From: Candidatus Latescibacterota bacterium | GTDB lineage: Bacteria; Latescibacterota; UBA2968; SICM01 | Reading direction: 5' to 3' | Length of the DNA stretch: 64,000 nucleotides | Assembly (NCBI GenBank): GCA_965217865.1 | Contig: CBDCJO010000002.1 | Location: forward strand, 5,600,001 to 5,664,000 | Part shown: one piece after another, positions 1-10,241 of the stretch | Layout: every line of letters starts with the position of its first letter | Position numbering within the stretch: the stretch's first letter is position 1 | Notes under the pieces: model-generated | Database searches by the model: none | The model's input: only the letters and a program-made list of their open reading frames with translations | Told to the model about the DNA's origin: nothing | Program-made: the position numbers and the translations under genes

Positions 1-2
1 GA

Positions 3-1493
3 ATGCCCCGGACACCGGAAGAGCGGTATCAGAAGGGCCGGGTATATCTTCGTCACAAGAAATGGACCAAAGCAATTTCAACTTTCAAATCCTTGATCTC
101 GAAGCACCCAGGTGATAAGCTTGTGGGAATGGCCCACTATCTGACGGGAAGGGCTTATTTCGGCTCAAGACGATATACCAAGGCGTCATCAACTTTTTCC
201 AAAGCCTACCGGAAGTACGGCATTCGAGAAGCCCTTTACTATTTTGGTCGCTGTGCAATCAGGAGAAATAAAGACCCCCTTGGGGCCGATCGTCTCCTGA
301 AATTTGTCGCGAGGTACCCCAGGCATAGACACGCCCACAATGCCCTCTGGTACGCCGCCTGGGCGTTCGAACGTTTGGGAGAATATCAGAAGGCCCGCCG
401 AACCTACCAACGGATCGCATCCGCATACCGTAAGAGTCCGAACGTGGAACAATCCCGATTCCGGGCGGCATTCGCCCTCTATTCGTCCAGCAAAATAATA
501 AAAGCCGTAAAGGCCTTCTCTTTCCTGGGCAAGTCATCACGTGGTTATTTGCGGGACCAGTCCTTTTTTTGGGTGGGAAAATGTTATGAAAAACTGGGGG
601 ACCCCAACACCGCAAATCGGTGGTTCCGACGGGCTTCCAGCCAATTTCCGACATCCTACTACGCCACTCGCGCAGCGATGACCTTGTCATCCCACGATCG
701 GAAATCCCTGGTCGGTTATGCGTCGGCAGATTCTGAATCCGAACCCGATCAAAAGGACGTGGCGATTCCCCCGACGTCTCAGTTGAGAAAAGCCGACTTC
801 TTGATTCTCCTCGGCCTTTACGTGGAGGCCGGCCTCGAACTCCGCCCCATACAGCGAGCCCACAGGAACAAACCGAAAGTCCTCCTGGCCCTCCTTCGTC
901 GATATGAGCGAATCGGTTCCTACCACCGGGCTTTGCGGGTTGGCCGTCTTATTGTTGATCTCGATCACAAAAAAGACGGACCCCTCAACCGGATCCAACT
1001 CAGAACGCTCTATCCAGACTATTACAGGGATCTCATTCGGAAAGCGGCGGCTGAAAACCGGCTCAACCCGGCTCTCGTTTTGGCCATCATCCGACAGGAA
1101 AGCGCCTTCGACCACGCCGCCATATCCCGTTCGGGGGCTCGGGGTTTGATGCAGATTATGCCGGCCACAGGCCGCGGGTGGGCTTCAAAAATGGGGATTC
1201 GGAACTTTAAGGTTGAGCACCTGATGAACCCGACCACATCAATCCAGATGGGATGCCGGGAGATTGCTTCCTACCTGGGGAGGTTCCCCGACGATTTTCG
1301 GGGCCGGGTGCTTTCCATGGCTTCATACAACGCAGGCTTTCGTGCCGCTCAGCGATGGAACAGAACCCTTCCCCCAGACATCGACGAATTCGTTGAAAAC
1401 ATCCCTTTCCACGAGACGCGCACCTATATCAAACTGGTCGTGCGCAATCAAGAGATCTACAACTTTCTCGAATCCGTACGAATGGACAACTGA
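3..1493 (+). CDS. TPR-repeat soluble lytic murein transglycosylase (Slt family); probably 5'-truncated by the window edge
   Basis: N-terminal TPR/BamD-like helical repeats; C-terminal SLT motifs IIRQESAF, GARGLMQIMP, ASYNAG, IPFHETRTY. Confidence 0.88.
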   Translation: MPRTPEERYQKGRVYLRHKKWTKAISTFKSLISKHPGDKLVGMAHYLTGRAYFGSRRYTKASSTFSKAYRKYGIREALYYFGRCAIRRNKDPLGADRLLKFVARYPRHRHAHNALWYAAWAFERLGEYQKARRTYQRIASAYRKSPNVEQSRFRAAFALYSSSKIIKAVKAFSFLGKSSRGYLRDQSFFWVGKCYEKLGDPNTANRWFRRASSQFPTSYYATRAAMTLSSHDRKSLVGYASADSESEPDQKDVAIPPTSQLRKADFLILLGLYVEAGLELRPIQRAHRNKPKVLLALLRRYERIGSYHRALRVGRLIVDLDHKKDGPLNRIQLRTLYPDYYRDLIRKAAAENRLNPALVLAIIRQESAFDHAAISRSGARGLMQIMPATGRGWASKMGIRNFKVEHLMNPTTSIQMGCREIASYLGRFPDDFRGRVLSMASYNAGFRAAQRWNRTLPPDIDEFVENIPFHETRTYIKLVVRNQEIYNFLESVRMDN

Positions 1494-1527
1494 AGATCAA
1501 GAAGGAAGGACATATAAACATAATAAG

Positions 1528-2847
1528 ATGCCCAAAAGATCGCAATTTGCCCGGTCGATTTTGCCGTTTGCACTTCTCCCTGTGCATTTCTCCATCCTTT
1601 TGCCGACCCCTCTTCTGGGTGACGTTGACGAGTCCTTCCCCACCACCCTCGTACGACACTTCCGGGTGAGTGAGAAACACGTGATGCGGTTCCTCGGAGA
1701 TCGGGGAAAAATCGATAACTTGCAGGGGGTAGCCGTCGTCCGTTTAAAGGAACAGGACGATCCCGGCACTGAGGAAGACGACCCGGTGGTCACCGTCTAC
1801 GGTGTGAACTCGGGTACGGGAGATATTCTATATACCCGATCTCTTTCGAGCGTGTTTGCGTACGGAGGACCTGAAGATGAACGGGCAGAGCTTTCTGGAC
1901 CGCACGGGATCGCGGCGGATGATGACGGGAACATATTCGTAGCGGATACTGCAAACGACCGCATCGTCCATCTCTGGGACAGAGCGGGCAAAATAGCGTT
2001 CACGGGAAGTTTTGGGCCTCCCGTGATGAAGGCCCCGTTCGATGTTTCCCTGGACCGGAACGGGCGGGTCTATATCACGGAACCTAAGGAGAACCGGATA
2101 CTCATAACGGATTATGATGGTGAACTTTTGGGGCCCCCTCTGAGCGTCCCTTCACCCACCGGTATCGCCGTCAACGACTCAACAGAGCGATGGTCCTTTT
2201 TCAAAGAGCGGGCGATCTATGTCGCCTGCAGGGACAGTTCGGAGATCTGGCGTTTAACCGACCTCGGTCATGTCGATTCGCGGATCCGATCCGGTGACAT
2301 CCCGGACCATCCGGAGAGCAGGTTCACCTACCTGGCCATCGATTACTACGACAACATATACGCAACGGATCCGAGGACCCACGCGATTCACAAGTTCGAC
2401 AGACACCTGGTCTACCTGACTACTTTCGGGGGACGGGGAAAGGGAAAGGCGCAGTTCATCCATCCGCGGGGAATTGGAATATACCGGCGTTTCGGACAGA
2501 CTTTTGTCTTGGAGGGAGGCAGTGCGCAGTATTACTGGGTGGGGACGGACCTCCGTTCTCTTGATGCAAGGTTCGACGAGCACAAGGAACAGGTCCTGGT
2601 CTCGTTCTTCCCGACGGAGCGTGCTTTCGTCAAATCGGGCGTCTACTTCGACGGGAAACTCATTCGACCCCTAACTTCCGGTTGGACTGTGGAAACCGGG
2701 CACAACCGCATCCATTGGGACCTGAAGGATCGCTGGAACGAACGGATACCGGCTGGACGTTATACCATCCGAATCGAAATCGAACCCACCTATTCATCCT
2801 ACACCAAATTCAAAAAAAGATTCGAGCGCGACGTTGACGTAAAATAG
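1528..2847 (+). CDS. Secreted NHL-repeat beta-propeller protein with C-terminal FlgD Ig-like domain
   Basis: Signal-peptide-like N-terminus from ATG 1528; NHL motifs (GPHGIAADDDGNIFVADTANDRI, HPRGIGI); C-terminal 'GHNRIHWDLKD...PAGRYTIRIE'. Confidence 0.75.
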   Translation: MPKRSQFARSILPFALLPVHFSILLPTPLLGDVDESFPTTLVRHFRVSEKHVMRFLGDRGKIDNLQGVAVVRLKEQDDPGTEEDDPVVTVYGVNSGTGDILYTRSLSSVFAYGGPEDERAELSGPHGIAADDDGNIFVADTANDRIVHLWDRAGKIAFTGSFGPPVMKAPFDVSLDRNGRVYITEPKENRILITDYDGELLGPPLSVPSPTGIAVNDSTERWSFFKERAIYVACRDSSEIWRLTDLGHVDSRIRSGDIPDHPESRFTYLAIDYYDNIYATDPRTHAIHKFDRHLVYLTTFGGRGKGKAQFIHPRGIGIYRRFGQTFVLEGGSAQYYWVGTDLRSLDARFDEHKEQVLVSFFPTERAFVKSGVYFDGKLIRPLTSGWTVETGHNRIHWDLKDRWNERIPAGRYTIRIEIEPTYSSYTKFKKRFERDVDVK

Positions 2848-2870
2848 TTCATGTACCCTCAGGAGTATTC

Positions 2871-3125
2871 TTGGAAAACCGCACCGAAAGACGCCAGATC
2901 ATCGTAGAGGATATCTTCATTATCCTCTCCATCCTGGCACTCTGGCCGTTGATCCTCGGTTGGGATGAAGCCGTCTTTCAAGCCCTGAAATATATTGCCC
3001 TCGCCGGCCTGGTCTACATTTTCATCCGGCGGCTCAGGCGATACAAGTGTCGGAATCGTTCTGGCGGAACCGGCGCTGGATATTCTGGCGGCGATGGCCA
3101 AAGCATAAGCGGGGACGATAAATGA
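2871..3125 (+). CDS. Small hypothetical membrane protein (2 TM)
   Basis: TTG start preceded by AGGAG; two hydrophobic segments followed by an RRLRR positive-inside patch. Confidence 0.6.
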   Translation: MENRTERRQIIVEDIFIILSILALWPLILGWDEAVFQALKYIALAGLVYIFIRRLRRYKCRNRSGGTGAGYSGGDGQSISGDDK

Positions 3126-3154
3126 GTGTGATGGAATTTTCCGGTTATATCTCC

Positions 3155-3829
3155 TTAAACCGGCCAGCCCTCCCGCCGGTATCCCATGTCCCAGAACATC
3201 CATTCATAGCGGCTCGTCGCCACGAAGTGTTCGATCATAGCCTCCCGTTCTTCTTCAGACAACCCTCCGGCGACCCGATCGGTTAGAGAAACCACCGCCC
3301 GAACCACCTCCCCGAACTCCTCCGCACCGTAGGTATCTATCCACCGACGATACAGTTCATCGGGGGATCCCCGTTTCGCAAGGGTTTTTCCGACCTCCCC
3401 GTATATCCAGTAACACGGCAGGAGGGCCGCTAACCCTTCGTGAAAGGGGCGGCCGTAGGAGACGGACAGCAGGTAGCTCGTGTAGGCCAGGGTGGTCGGC
3501 GCCATCGGCGTATCGCGGACGCCCCTTGGGGAGAGCCTGAAGGCCTTGAAAAATCCCTCGTGGAGTTGACGCTCAACCTGAATGGCCTCCGCGGCGTGGG
3601 CGTTAAACATGGCGATGTCGCCATCCTCCGGTGCCTTAGCGGCAGCGATGCTCAGAGCCCGTGCAAACTCACGGAGATAGAGGGCATCCTGAACCACGTA
3701 AAATCGAAAGGACGTCCGGGGAAGGCTGCCGTCTGTAAGCCCCTGAATAAACGGATGCGCCAGGATGGCTTCGAAGATCCCTCCGATGTGCTTCCAGAGT
3801 TCCCTCGTGAACCGGGGAGATCGAGTCAT
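3155..3829 (-). CDS. tenA: Thiaminase II / aminopyrimidine aminohydrolase
   Basis: HPF, FYVVQDALYL, catalytic LLPCYWIY, WIDTY, EWMFW motifs; ATG 3829 with AAGGTG RBS (the ORF extends to 3892). Confidence 0.9.
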   Translation of the reverse strand: MTRSPRFTRELWKHIGGIFEAILAHPFIQGLTDGSLPRTSFRFYVVQDALYLREFARALSIAAAKAPEDGDIAMFNAHAAEAIQVERQLHEGFFKAFRLSPRGVRDTPMAPTTLAYTSYLLSVSYGRPFHEGLAALLPCYWIYGEVGKTLAKRGSPDELYRRWIDTYGAEEFGEVVRAVVSLTDRVAGGLSEEEREAMIEHFVATSRYEWMFWDMGYRREGWPV

Positions 3830-3888
3830 TCGATTCACCTTCCGAAAGGTTTCGGTCGTTGCCGTGAAAGGGATGCGATTTTTCCGGA

Positions 3889-4749
3889 TCAATCCGTCTT
3901 GATCTTATAACTGTAACGCGCCATCATCTCGTGGTCGGATTCGCGAGCAATTTTCCGGTTGAAATCGGACAGCGGGAGATAGTAGTGGGTCTCCGCATTG
4001 CAGCTGATAAAGCCCTCGGCGTATGCCACCCGACAGGCCGTGCCGAACGCCCCGTCGGAGGCCTCGATTCGCTTGCGGGCATACTTACCCCCGTATCCCT
4101 GGCTGACGAGGGAGTCCAGGGCGGCCAGCTTCTTCTCGACCACGTCGGTAATATCGATGAAGACGTCGTTATAATGTGATCCCATTGCGTCCCAAACCTT
4201 ATTGGGAATCGAGGCCGCACCGCATCCCCAGTAGAAGATCTGCGCAACCCGATGGGGCTTGTTGCGATCCCCCGGATCCACGGAACCTGCGAATCCTACC
4301 GCCATCATCACGATCTGACCTGCAGCGGCGTGAGGATTCCACACGCCCCCTTCCATCGGGAAATGCGTGAGGATGATTTCCGGTCTGAGCTCACGCAGAA
4401 GCCTCGCCAACTTGCGGGCTGTTTCCCGATTCGGGAGCAGGAGCGCATCGTCTTCGCCGAAGAAGAAAACATCCTCCACCCCCAATGTCCGGCAGGAAGA
4501 CCGAACCTCCTCGGCCTTCACCTCGACCCGCTCATCCATCATCCCTTTCAAGGTATCGGCATCAGGTACCTCATCGACATGATACATCTTCTCGCTGATC
4601 ACCTCGTCGTGGACGCGCGCTCCGTGTGTCAGCACAACACACCCAACCCAGTCTCCCCGGGACGTGTGATGGGCCATGGTACCTCCCGACTGATCGAAGA
4701 TGTCTGCCGGATGGGCGCCGATGGACAGGATGCGAAGGGGTTCGGCCAT
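3889..4749 (-). CDS. PIG-L/LmbE-family metalloenzyme with variant motif (HPAD)
   Basis: SIGAHPADI, LTHG, RELRPEIILTH, VFIDITDVVEKK, YAEGF; AAGGAG RBS. Confidence 0.8.
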   Translation of the reverse strand: MAEPLRILSIGAHPADIFDQSGGTMAHHTSRGDWVGCVVLTHGARVHDEVISEKMYHVDEVPDADTLKGMMDERVEVKAEEVRSSCRTLGVEDVFFFGEDDALLLPNRETARKLARLLRELRPEIILTHFPMEGGVWNPHAAAGQIVMMAVGFAGSVDPGDRNKPHRVAQIFYWGCGAASIPNKVWDAMGSHYNDVFIDITDVVEKKLAALDSLVSQGYGGKYARKRIEASDGAFGTACRVAYAEGFISCNAETHYYLPLSDFNRKIARESDHEMMARYSYKIKTD

Positions 4750-4923
4750 TGGGAGTCTCCTTTCGGTTAAGCAGTTAAGTGGGCACGACGAGGCCGGAGG
4801 GATTTTGAATTCTCTTTGCCAAGTTAGATCCTGGCATTATATTCGACCTATTAATATCGATATTTGACTGAAAATTAAAAACCCCCACCCTCAAACCAAC
4901 ACCTACGAACCCGGGAGGATGAT

Positions 4924-5073
4924 ATGAAACAGCTGGTGGGAGGTCTGGTTCTGCTGCTGGTGGTTGCGGGAGTTGCATCCGCATCGGGATTTGGAACGGT
5001 GCTCATCCTTCTGCTTGGCGTCGTGATCGGATTTTTTATCGGGATGTGGTACGCAAACAAAGGATCGGACTGA
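4924..5073 (+). CDS. Small (49 aa) two-helix membrane protein, missing from the ORF track
   Basis: GGAGG at 4914-4918, 5 nt before ATG; translates to MKQLVGGLVLLLVVAGVASASGFGTVLILLLGVVIGFFIGMWYANKGSD. Confidence 0.65.
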   Translation: MKQLVGGLVLLLVVAGVASASGFGTVLILLLGVVIGFFIGMWYANKGSD

Positions 5074-5205
5074 TGCCTTTATACAACTGTGACGTCTCAG
5101 GGAAGGAGATCCTAATTGGACACATTAAGAGATACTGTCATCAACGTCACGGGCATATCGGAGGGCGGTTTCCCCAGCTTCCATATCTGACCCGGTTCCC
5201 TTCGC

Positions 5206-7176
5206 TTAGGTTTTCCCCGTCAGAATCGTGAGGATCGTTCCCACGCTCGATATAACGGCCTGACCAAGGATCAAACCCAGGAAGAATGGCCTCGTCCGGC
5301 CGTAAAGCGAAGCCCCCCCGTATTTCAGGACATTCCGCTTGATCAGCCAGGCGATTAATACATTAACCCACCACGAAGGCAGCGTCGTCCCGATCAAATA
5401 GCCGATGGGGTGGAACGGCCACCAGAAAAACCGCTTCCTTGCAAGGATCAGGAGTCCCATCGCCAACATCCCCATTCCGGACCAGATGAACCGAACGGAT
5501 TCGCCCACACTACCGCCGCCTCCCCAAAAACCCGTTGCCGTCGCTGGATCCTTGATCGCCCCTCCGTAATATTGGAGGTGATAATTCAATGCCTTGATCA
5601 TATACCAGCTGTTGGCAAAACCATAGGCTCCCAGCTTGTAGGCGAAATGAAGAAGCGTCACACCGGCGACGCCCCCGCCCACGATCAACGCCAGGATCAG
5701 CACATAGAAGAGCGGACGGGATCGCAAACCGAGACGGTGCGTCAGCTTTAACGACGTCGATGTGCTCGCCATGACGTGAGTTCTGCTGGGAAACGCCCAG
5801 GGCTGACCCAGGAAAAACCCCGCCGATGTTCCCCTGCTCAGCTTCTCAGTTCCCAGAGAATTCAGAAATACCTGCATAGGGCTCAAAGGCGCCTGCATCA
5901 CCACGCCGGTTTCGGCCAGGATTCTCGTAACACCCACGAAAGTCACAAGCATCAAAACCACGAAGATGGGGACGATCCACGTGGAGATGCCTGTCATCGA
6001 GAGCCAGTAACAGATGAAGGCCACGCCTGCTATGGTTCCCACGAGGGAAGCCCTGTAGGAGATCAATTCATCCGAGTCGTCCACCTGGGGGGCTGTCCCC
6101 ATCGCCTTCCGAAACACATCCCTCAGATGGTGACGGGCTTCATACAGACCGAACCCCACCATGGCGACGATGGCACCGAAGGACTCCTGCTTCAGCTGTC
6201 CGTAATTTCCACCCGGGACATAGGGTCCCCATCCCAGGATGGGGCTTCCGGATAGCACGACCAGGAAGATTTGAACGTAACCGAAAAAGGTAAACAGGAG
6301 GACGCTGCTTAAAATATCCAGCGACACCAGGTAACTGATTCCCAGGACAAAAAAATGGGCATAGATCAGCAGACCCATCGAGTTTCGATAAAATCGCGTG
6401 TAGAAATACAGATTGATGGTGGGCATGAACGGAAGGAACCTGTGGGCGATTCCGGACAGACCCACGAGGCCAGGCACCGCAAATCCGGACCATAAAAGGC
6501 CGTTTCTCAACAGGGGCCCCTCGCCGGGATCCGCCTCCACCATCGCCATCGGGAGTTGCGCCAGCGGAAACGGCAATCGCTCCTCTTCCATCCATCGCTT
6601 CCGAAGGATGACCATCAGAGAGATCATCGTGAGGTAAATCGCGCCAAGCATAACCATCCAGGAAAGCAAAGGACCGATCCAGGAACCGTAAGGGACCGCT
6701 TCCCCGGGCCCCAGCCCCTCAAAGAATCCCTTTGAGGCAGCAAGATCTTTGACCGTGATGCCGTCGGGCAGGAGGGGCAGCACCATGCTGCCCCATTCGT
6801 TCTCCGGGGTGGCATAGTGGGAGAATCCCACTATGTGAGGAATAAGAAACATCGTGACCCCGCTTGTGGAAACCGCGGAGACCATCAACAACATCGAGAA
6901 GATGACGAGGAATTCCTGTGGTTTCAGGCTCGATCGGATCAAACCCAGGCGTTCCAGATACCCAGCCCCACAGATCAGGAGGAACAGCAGAAAGAGCGGT
7001 CCCGATCCGAACCCGTTTGACGTCAACGAGCCCCCACCCAGGGCCTGTGCGCAGATATCGAGGAAGGCCAGGGTCGCGCTCAGTCCAACCCCGATCAACA
7101 CCCCCCTTTTCGTCACACCGGAGGAGAAGGGGGCTGGATCCTTCAGGGTTTCAACCGCCGGTTTTGTTTGTTCCAT
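5206..7176 (-). CDS. DUF6785/DUF6784-type polytopic membrane protein (putative peptide transporter)
   Basis: 656 aa with many TM segments; motifs RKRWMEEERLPFPLAQLP and FFWWPFHPIGY; C-terminal PFFLGLILG. Confidence 0.75.
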   Translation of the reverse strand: MEQTKPAVETLKDPAPFSSGVTKRGVLIGVGLSATLAFLDICAQALGGGSLTSNGFGSGPLFLLFLLICGAGYLERLGLIRSSLKPQEFLVIFSMLLMVSAVSTSGVTMFLIPHIVGFSHYATPENEWGSMVLPLLPDGITVKDLAASKGFFEGLGPGEAVPYGSWIGPLLSWMVMLGAIYLTMISLMVILRKRWMEEERLPFPLAQLPMAMVEADPGEGPLLRNGLLWSGFAVPGLVGLSGIAHRFLPFMPTINLYFYTRFYRNSMGLLIYAHFFVLGISYLVSLDILSSVLLFTFFGYVQIFLVVLSGSPILGWGPYVPGGNYGQLKQESFGAIVAMVGFGLYEARHHLRDVFRKAMGTAPQVDDSDELISYRASLVGTIAGVAFICYWLSMTGISTWIVPIFVVLMLVTFVGVTRILAETGVVMQAPLSPMQVFLNSLGTEKLSRGTSAGFFLGQPWAFPSRTHVMASTSTSLKLTHRLGLRSRPLFYVLILALIVGGGVAGVTLLHFAYKLGAYGFANSWYMIKALNYHLQYYGGAIKDPATATGFWGGGGSVGESVRFIWSGMGMLAMGLLILARKRFFWWPFHPIGYLIGTTLPSWWVNVLIAWLIKRNVLKYGGASLYGRTRPFFLGLILGQAVISSVGTILTILTGKT

Positions 7177-7225
7177 ACGAGGAACCTTTTTTTGCAGATA
7201 TCAATTATGATTCAGGACCCGGGAT

Positions 7226-7918
7226 CTATACGGAATGGGGGGAATTCAGCTTGCGAAGGGTGACCAGGATTTCGGTCGGGTCCAGGCGGCGGGTGTAGTC
7301 CGGATCGATAAAGGCCAGTCGAATCGTTCCCGTCTGGTCGATCACAAAGGTCGCGGGTATCGGAAGCTCGAAGCTATCGTCACCGTTGTATTCTGCCAGG
7401 TCAAGACCGAATTCCTCGTAGATCGACATCATCTCGTCCTGGAGCCGGTAGACGATACCGAACGATCGGGCGACCCGGTTCCCGACATCGCTCAGCACCT
7501 CGTAGGTCAGCCGATTTTTCCGCGAGGTGGATAAAGAGTTCTCCTGCGTCTGAGGCGAAATCGCGACCAGGGTCGTCCGGAATGAATCGAATTCTGACAG
7601 GGATTCCTGCAACGCCTGAAGCTCCAGGGAGCAGAAAGAACACCAGCTGCCCCGATAGAAGCTCACGACAACGGGCCCTTTGCCCAGAAGGTCGTCTAAA
7701 CGCACGATGGTTCCGGACCCGTTCGGCAGGGAAAAAACCGGAGCCTTATCCCCCACCTTCAGACTACGGTCGACAATTCCGGAACGGGAGAGGTTATCGA
7801 CCGCGTCCCTCATGGTCTTGAGGGTATCCTGCGGGATCTCCTGGGTTGACCGCATTCGCAGATCCGAAAGCCGAGCCGGCAAAGCCTTTTTCGATTCTTC
7901 TTTTACGATTTCGCCCAT
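7226..7918 (-). CDS. AhpC/TSA-family peroxiredoxin-like protein
   Basis: LKVGDKAPVFSLP, FYRGSWCSFC (CxxC), LPIPATFVID. Confidence 0.85.
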   Translation of the reverse strand: MGEIVKEESKKALPARLSDLRMRSTQEIPQDTLKTMRDAVDNLSRSGIVDRSLKVGDKAPVFSLPNGSGTIVRLDDLLGKGPVVVSFYRGSWCSFCSLELQALQESLSEFDSFRTTLVAISPQTQENSLSTSRKNRLTYEVLSDVGNRVARSFGIVYRLQDEMMSIYEEFGLDLAEYNGDDSFELPIPATFVIDQTGTIRLAFIDPDYTRRLDPTEILVTLRKLNSPHSV

Positions 7919-8553
7919 TACAGTTCCCGGGCTGTCTGTTGGGTCAAGTCCACCGAATCGTCTCGTAAAACCCGCCGAATCGTCTCTCCGATCTTTCGCA
8001 GGGCCCGTGCCCTATGGCTGATCCGGTTCTTGATGTCGGATTTCAAAACCGAAAATGAATCGGAGTAACCGGAAGGCACAAACAGCGGGTCATACCCAAA
8101 TCCACCCGTTCCCCGCGCTCTATTCAGAATCGTGCCTTCACATACGCCCTCTCCGGTGTGACAGGTTCCGTCCGGGAGGATAAAAGCCATCACGCAACGA
8201 AAACGGGCGGTTCGACTTTCCGGCGGGATCCCTTCCATTAAGCGCAGAAGTTTTTCATTATTCTCTCGATCCGCAGACCCGTCCCCGGCAAAACGCGCAG
8301 AGCGAACCCCCGGCTCGCCGTTCAACGCATCCACCTCCAACCCGGAATCGTCCGCCAAGGCGGCAAATTTGAGCTGGCTGGCAACCAGGGAGGCCTTGTG
8401 GATCGCATTGGATTCAAAGGTGTCCCCTTTCTCATCGATCTCCGGCACATCCGGAAAATCATTCAGGGTTCTCACCCAAGCCACATCCCCCAGGATCTCT
8501 CGGATCTCGCGCGCCTTGTGCGCGTTTCGCGTTGCAATCACGAGAGGGTTCAC
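7918..8553 (-). CDS. rdgB: Non-canonical purine NTP pyrophosphatase (XTP/dITP)
   Basis: [33 protein letters not shown]; lies directly downstream of rph. Confidence 0.95.
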   Translation of the reverse strand: MNPLVIATRNAHKAREIREILGDVAWVRTLNDFPDVPEIDEKGDTFESNAIHKASLVASQLKFAALADDSGLEVDALNGEPGVRSARFAGDGSADRENNEKLLRLMEGIPPESRTARFRCVMAFILPDGTCHTGEGVCEGTILNRARGTGGFGYDPLFVPSGYSDSFSVLKSDIKNRISHRARALRKIGETIRRVLRDDSVDLTQQTAREL

Positions 8554-9272
8554 GGTCGAAGCGCCTCCTGCTGAACGAGGAGGATCTCCCGGATCCCTGA
8601 CTCAGCCAGTTCCAGCATGGCGTCCATCTGTTTTCGATCGAATGGGGAACGCTCCGCCGTCCCTTGTACATCCACAAATGTTCCGGATCCGGTCATCACC
8701 ACGTTCATATCGACCTCGGCGGAAGAATCCTCTTCATAACAGAGATCGAGCATGGGGACGCCATCGACAATGCCCACGCTGACTGCCGCAACGGCATCTC
8801 TCATCGGATCCTCTTGGAGTTTGCCGTCTTCCAGCATCTTTTTCACGGCCTCTGACAGGGCCACATAGGCCCCGCTTACCGAGGCCGTTCGGGTGCCCCC
8901 ATCCGCCTGGATCACGTCGCAGTCGATCGTGATAGTCCGCTCGCCAATCTTTTCCAGGTCAACGACCGCCCGCAGGGATCGACCGATGATTCTTTGGACC
9001 TCCTGCGTCCTTCCCTTTGGCCTTCCGCTCCGGGCTTCACGGAAAACACGGGTTTTAGTCGATCGAGGCAGCATTCCATATTCCGCCGTCAACCATCCAG
9101 ATCTGGAACCGATCAAGAAGGGCGGAACCCTGTTCTCCAAAGTAGCCGTACAGATCACCTTGGTGATCCCGGTTTCGATCAAGGCGGAACCATCCGCGTG
9201 CAGCATGTAAGATGGCGTGATTCGAACAGGCCTGATCTGATCGAGGCTTCTTCCATCAAGTCGAGGGGACAC
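8550..9272 (-). CDS. rph: Ribonuclease PH
   Basis: [46 protein letters not shown]. Confidence 0.97.
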   Translation of the reverse strand: MSPRLDGRSLDQIRPVRITPSYMLHADGSALIETGITKVICTATLENRVPPFLIGSRSGWLTAEYGMLPRSTKTRVFREARSGRPKGRTQEVQRIIGRSLRAVVDLEKIGERTITIDCDVIQADGGTRTASVSGAYVALSEAVKKMLEDGKLQEDPMRDAVAAVSVGIVDGVPMLDLCYEEDSSAEVDMNVVMTGSGTFVDVQGTAERSPFDRKQMDAMLELAESGIREILLVQQEALRP

Positions 9273-9335
9273 ACGGCCTCCCAGAAAAAGAAATCATATA
9301 CCGCTACCGCTCCCTGGAATTAAAAAAAAATACAA

Positions 9336-10241
9336 TCAAGCTTTCATTCTGGATTCTGACTCCTGACTCCTGTATTCTGCCTTTCGACTCCGGACTTTCA
9401 TCCTTCTGGTTATAGGGTCGAAATGCTCACGATAATCGGGGGCTTCAACGTGAATGACACGACACATCTCCTGAAGTCGGGAATAGATCCGTCCCCCGTG
9501 AAGCCCTTTGATCTCCTCATAAGGCCGGTTGGTGGTCACCAGAGTCAACCTTTCATGTTCATATCGCGTGTCAACAAGGTTGTAGAGCATCTCCTGCTCC
9601 CACTCGGTGTTTCGCTGAACGCCGAAGTCGTCGATCACCAGGCATGGCACGGTGCTCAACTCTTCAAGGATGGTCCATGTCTGGCCATAGCGGCCGCTCT
9701 CTTCATTGTATGTGCTCCGCAGTTTCTCAAAATATTGGAGGGAGAGGTCCAGGAACTTGCTCGGGGTTGCAAAGCGGAAGATAAGCTCGTTTAACATCAC
9801 ACAACTCAACATCGTCTTTCCATTTCCCGGCAGTCCATGCAGCAGGATACCCCTTGGACTTTCTCCACGTTGACGCGTTTCAATCAGGCTCATCACCATG
9901 GCCTTTAAATCTTGAGCCCCAACGATCTCTGCGCCGTCCGGCCCCACCTGATGGAAATCATCCAGGAACTTCCATTGATACTTTCTCGGGACGTTCGATT
10001 TCGCGAAAAGCCGCTGGACCTTAATAAGACGCAGGCGGAACGGCCGACAGGGGCACCAATGCGCCTCGAATTGCGCATCAAAATACTGGAAGGGGGTCTT
10101 TCCCCCGCATCGGCAGGCCTCATTCACACAGGAACAGAGATTTGTCTCCCCGAATTGTCCGACGACGACCTGGTTGTCGTAAAGATATCCGAGTCCGTCA
10201 CAAAGTCGGCATGCTCCCACACGATCCCTTAAGCCTTGCAT
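9336..10241 (-). CDS. DnaC/IstB-like AAA+ ATPase with Cys-rich N-terminal Zn-binding region
   Basis: CxxC, CxC and CxC/CPC motifs; Walker A GLPGNGKT; Walker B LVIDD; TTN; RIYSRL; DYR. Confidence 0.85.
   Translation of the reverse strand: MQGLRDRVGACRLCDGLGYLYDNQVVVGQFGETNLCSCVNEACRCGGKTPFQYFDAQFEAHWCPCRPFRLRLIKVQRLFAKSNVPRKYQWKFLDDFHQVGPDGAEIVGAQDLKAMVMSLIETRQRGESPRGILLHGLPGNGKTMLSCVMLNELIFRFATPSKFLDLSLQYFEKLRSTYNEESGRYGQTWTILEELSTVPCLVIDDFGVQRNTEWEQEMLYNLVDTRYEHERLTLVTTNRPYEEIKGLHGGRIYSRLQEMCRVIHVEAPDYREHFDPITRRMKVRSRKAEYRSQESESRMKA
9346..9397. repeat. Degenerate heptamer tandem repeat (TTCTGGA/TTCTGAC/TCCTGAC...) in the 3' end of the ATPase gene
   Basis: ttctgga ttctgac tcctgac tcctgta ttctgcc tttcgac tccggac. 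Confidence 0.6.

Noticed and set aside
4750-4870. TPP riboswitch upstream of the LmbE-tenA genes
   Set aside because: The conserved CTGAGA and AGGGA cores are not present on the minus strand.
9336-10241. IS21 element (istB)
   Set aside because: No istA transposase or terminal inverted repeats; the gene is embedded in a housekeeping operon.
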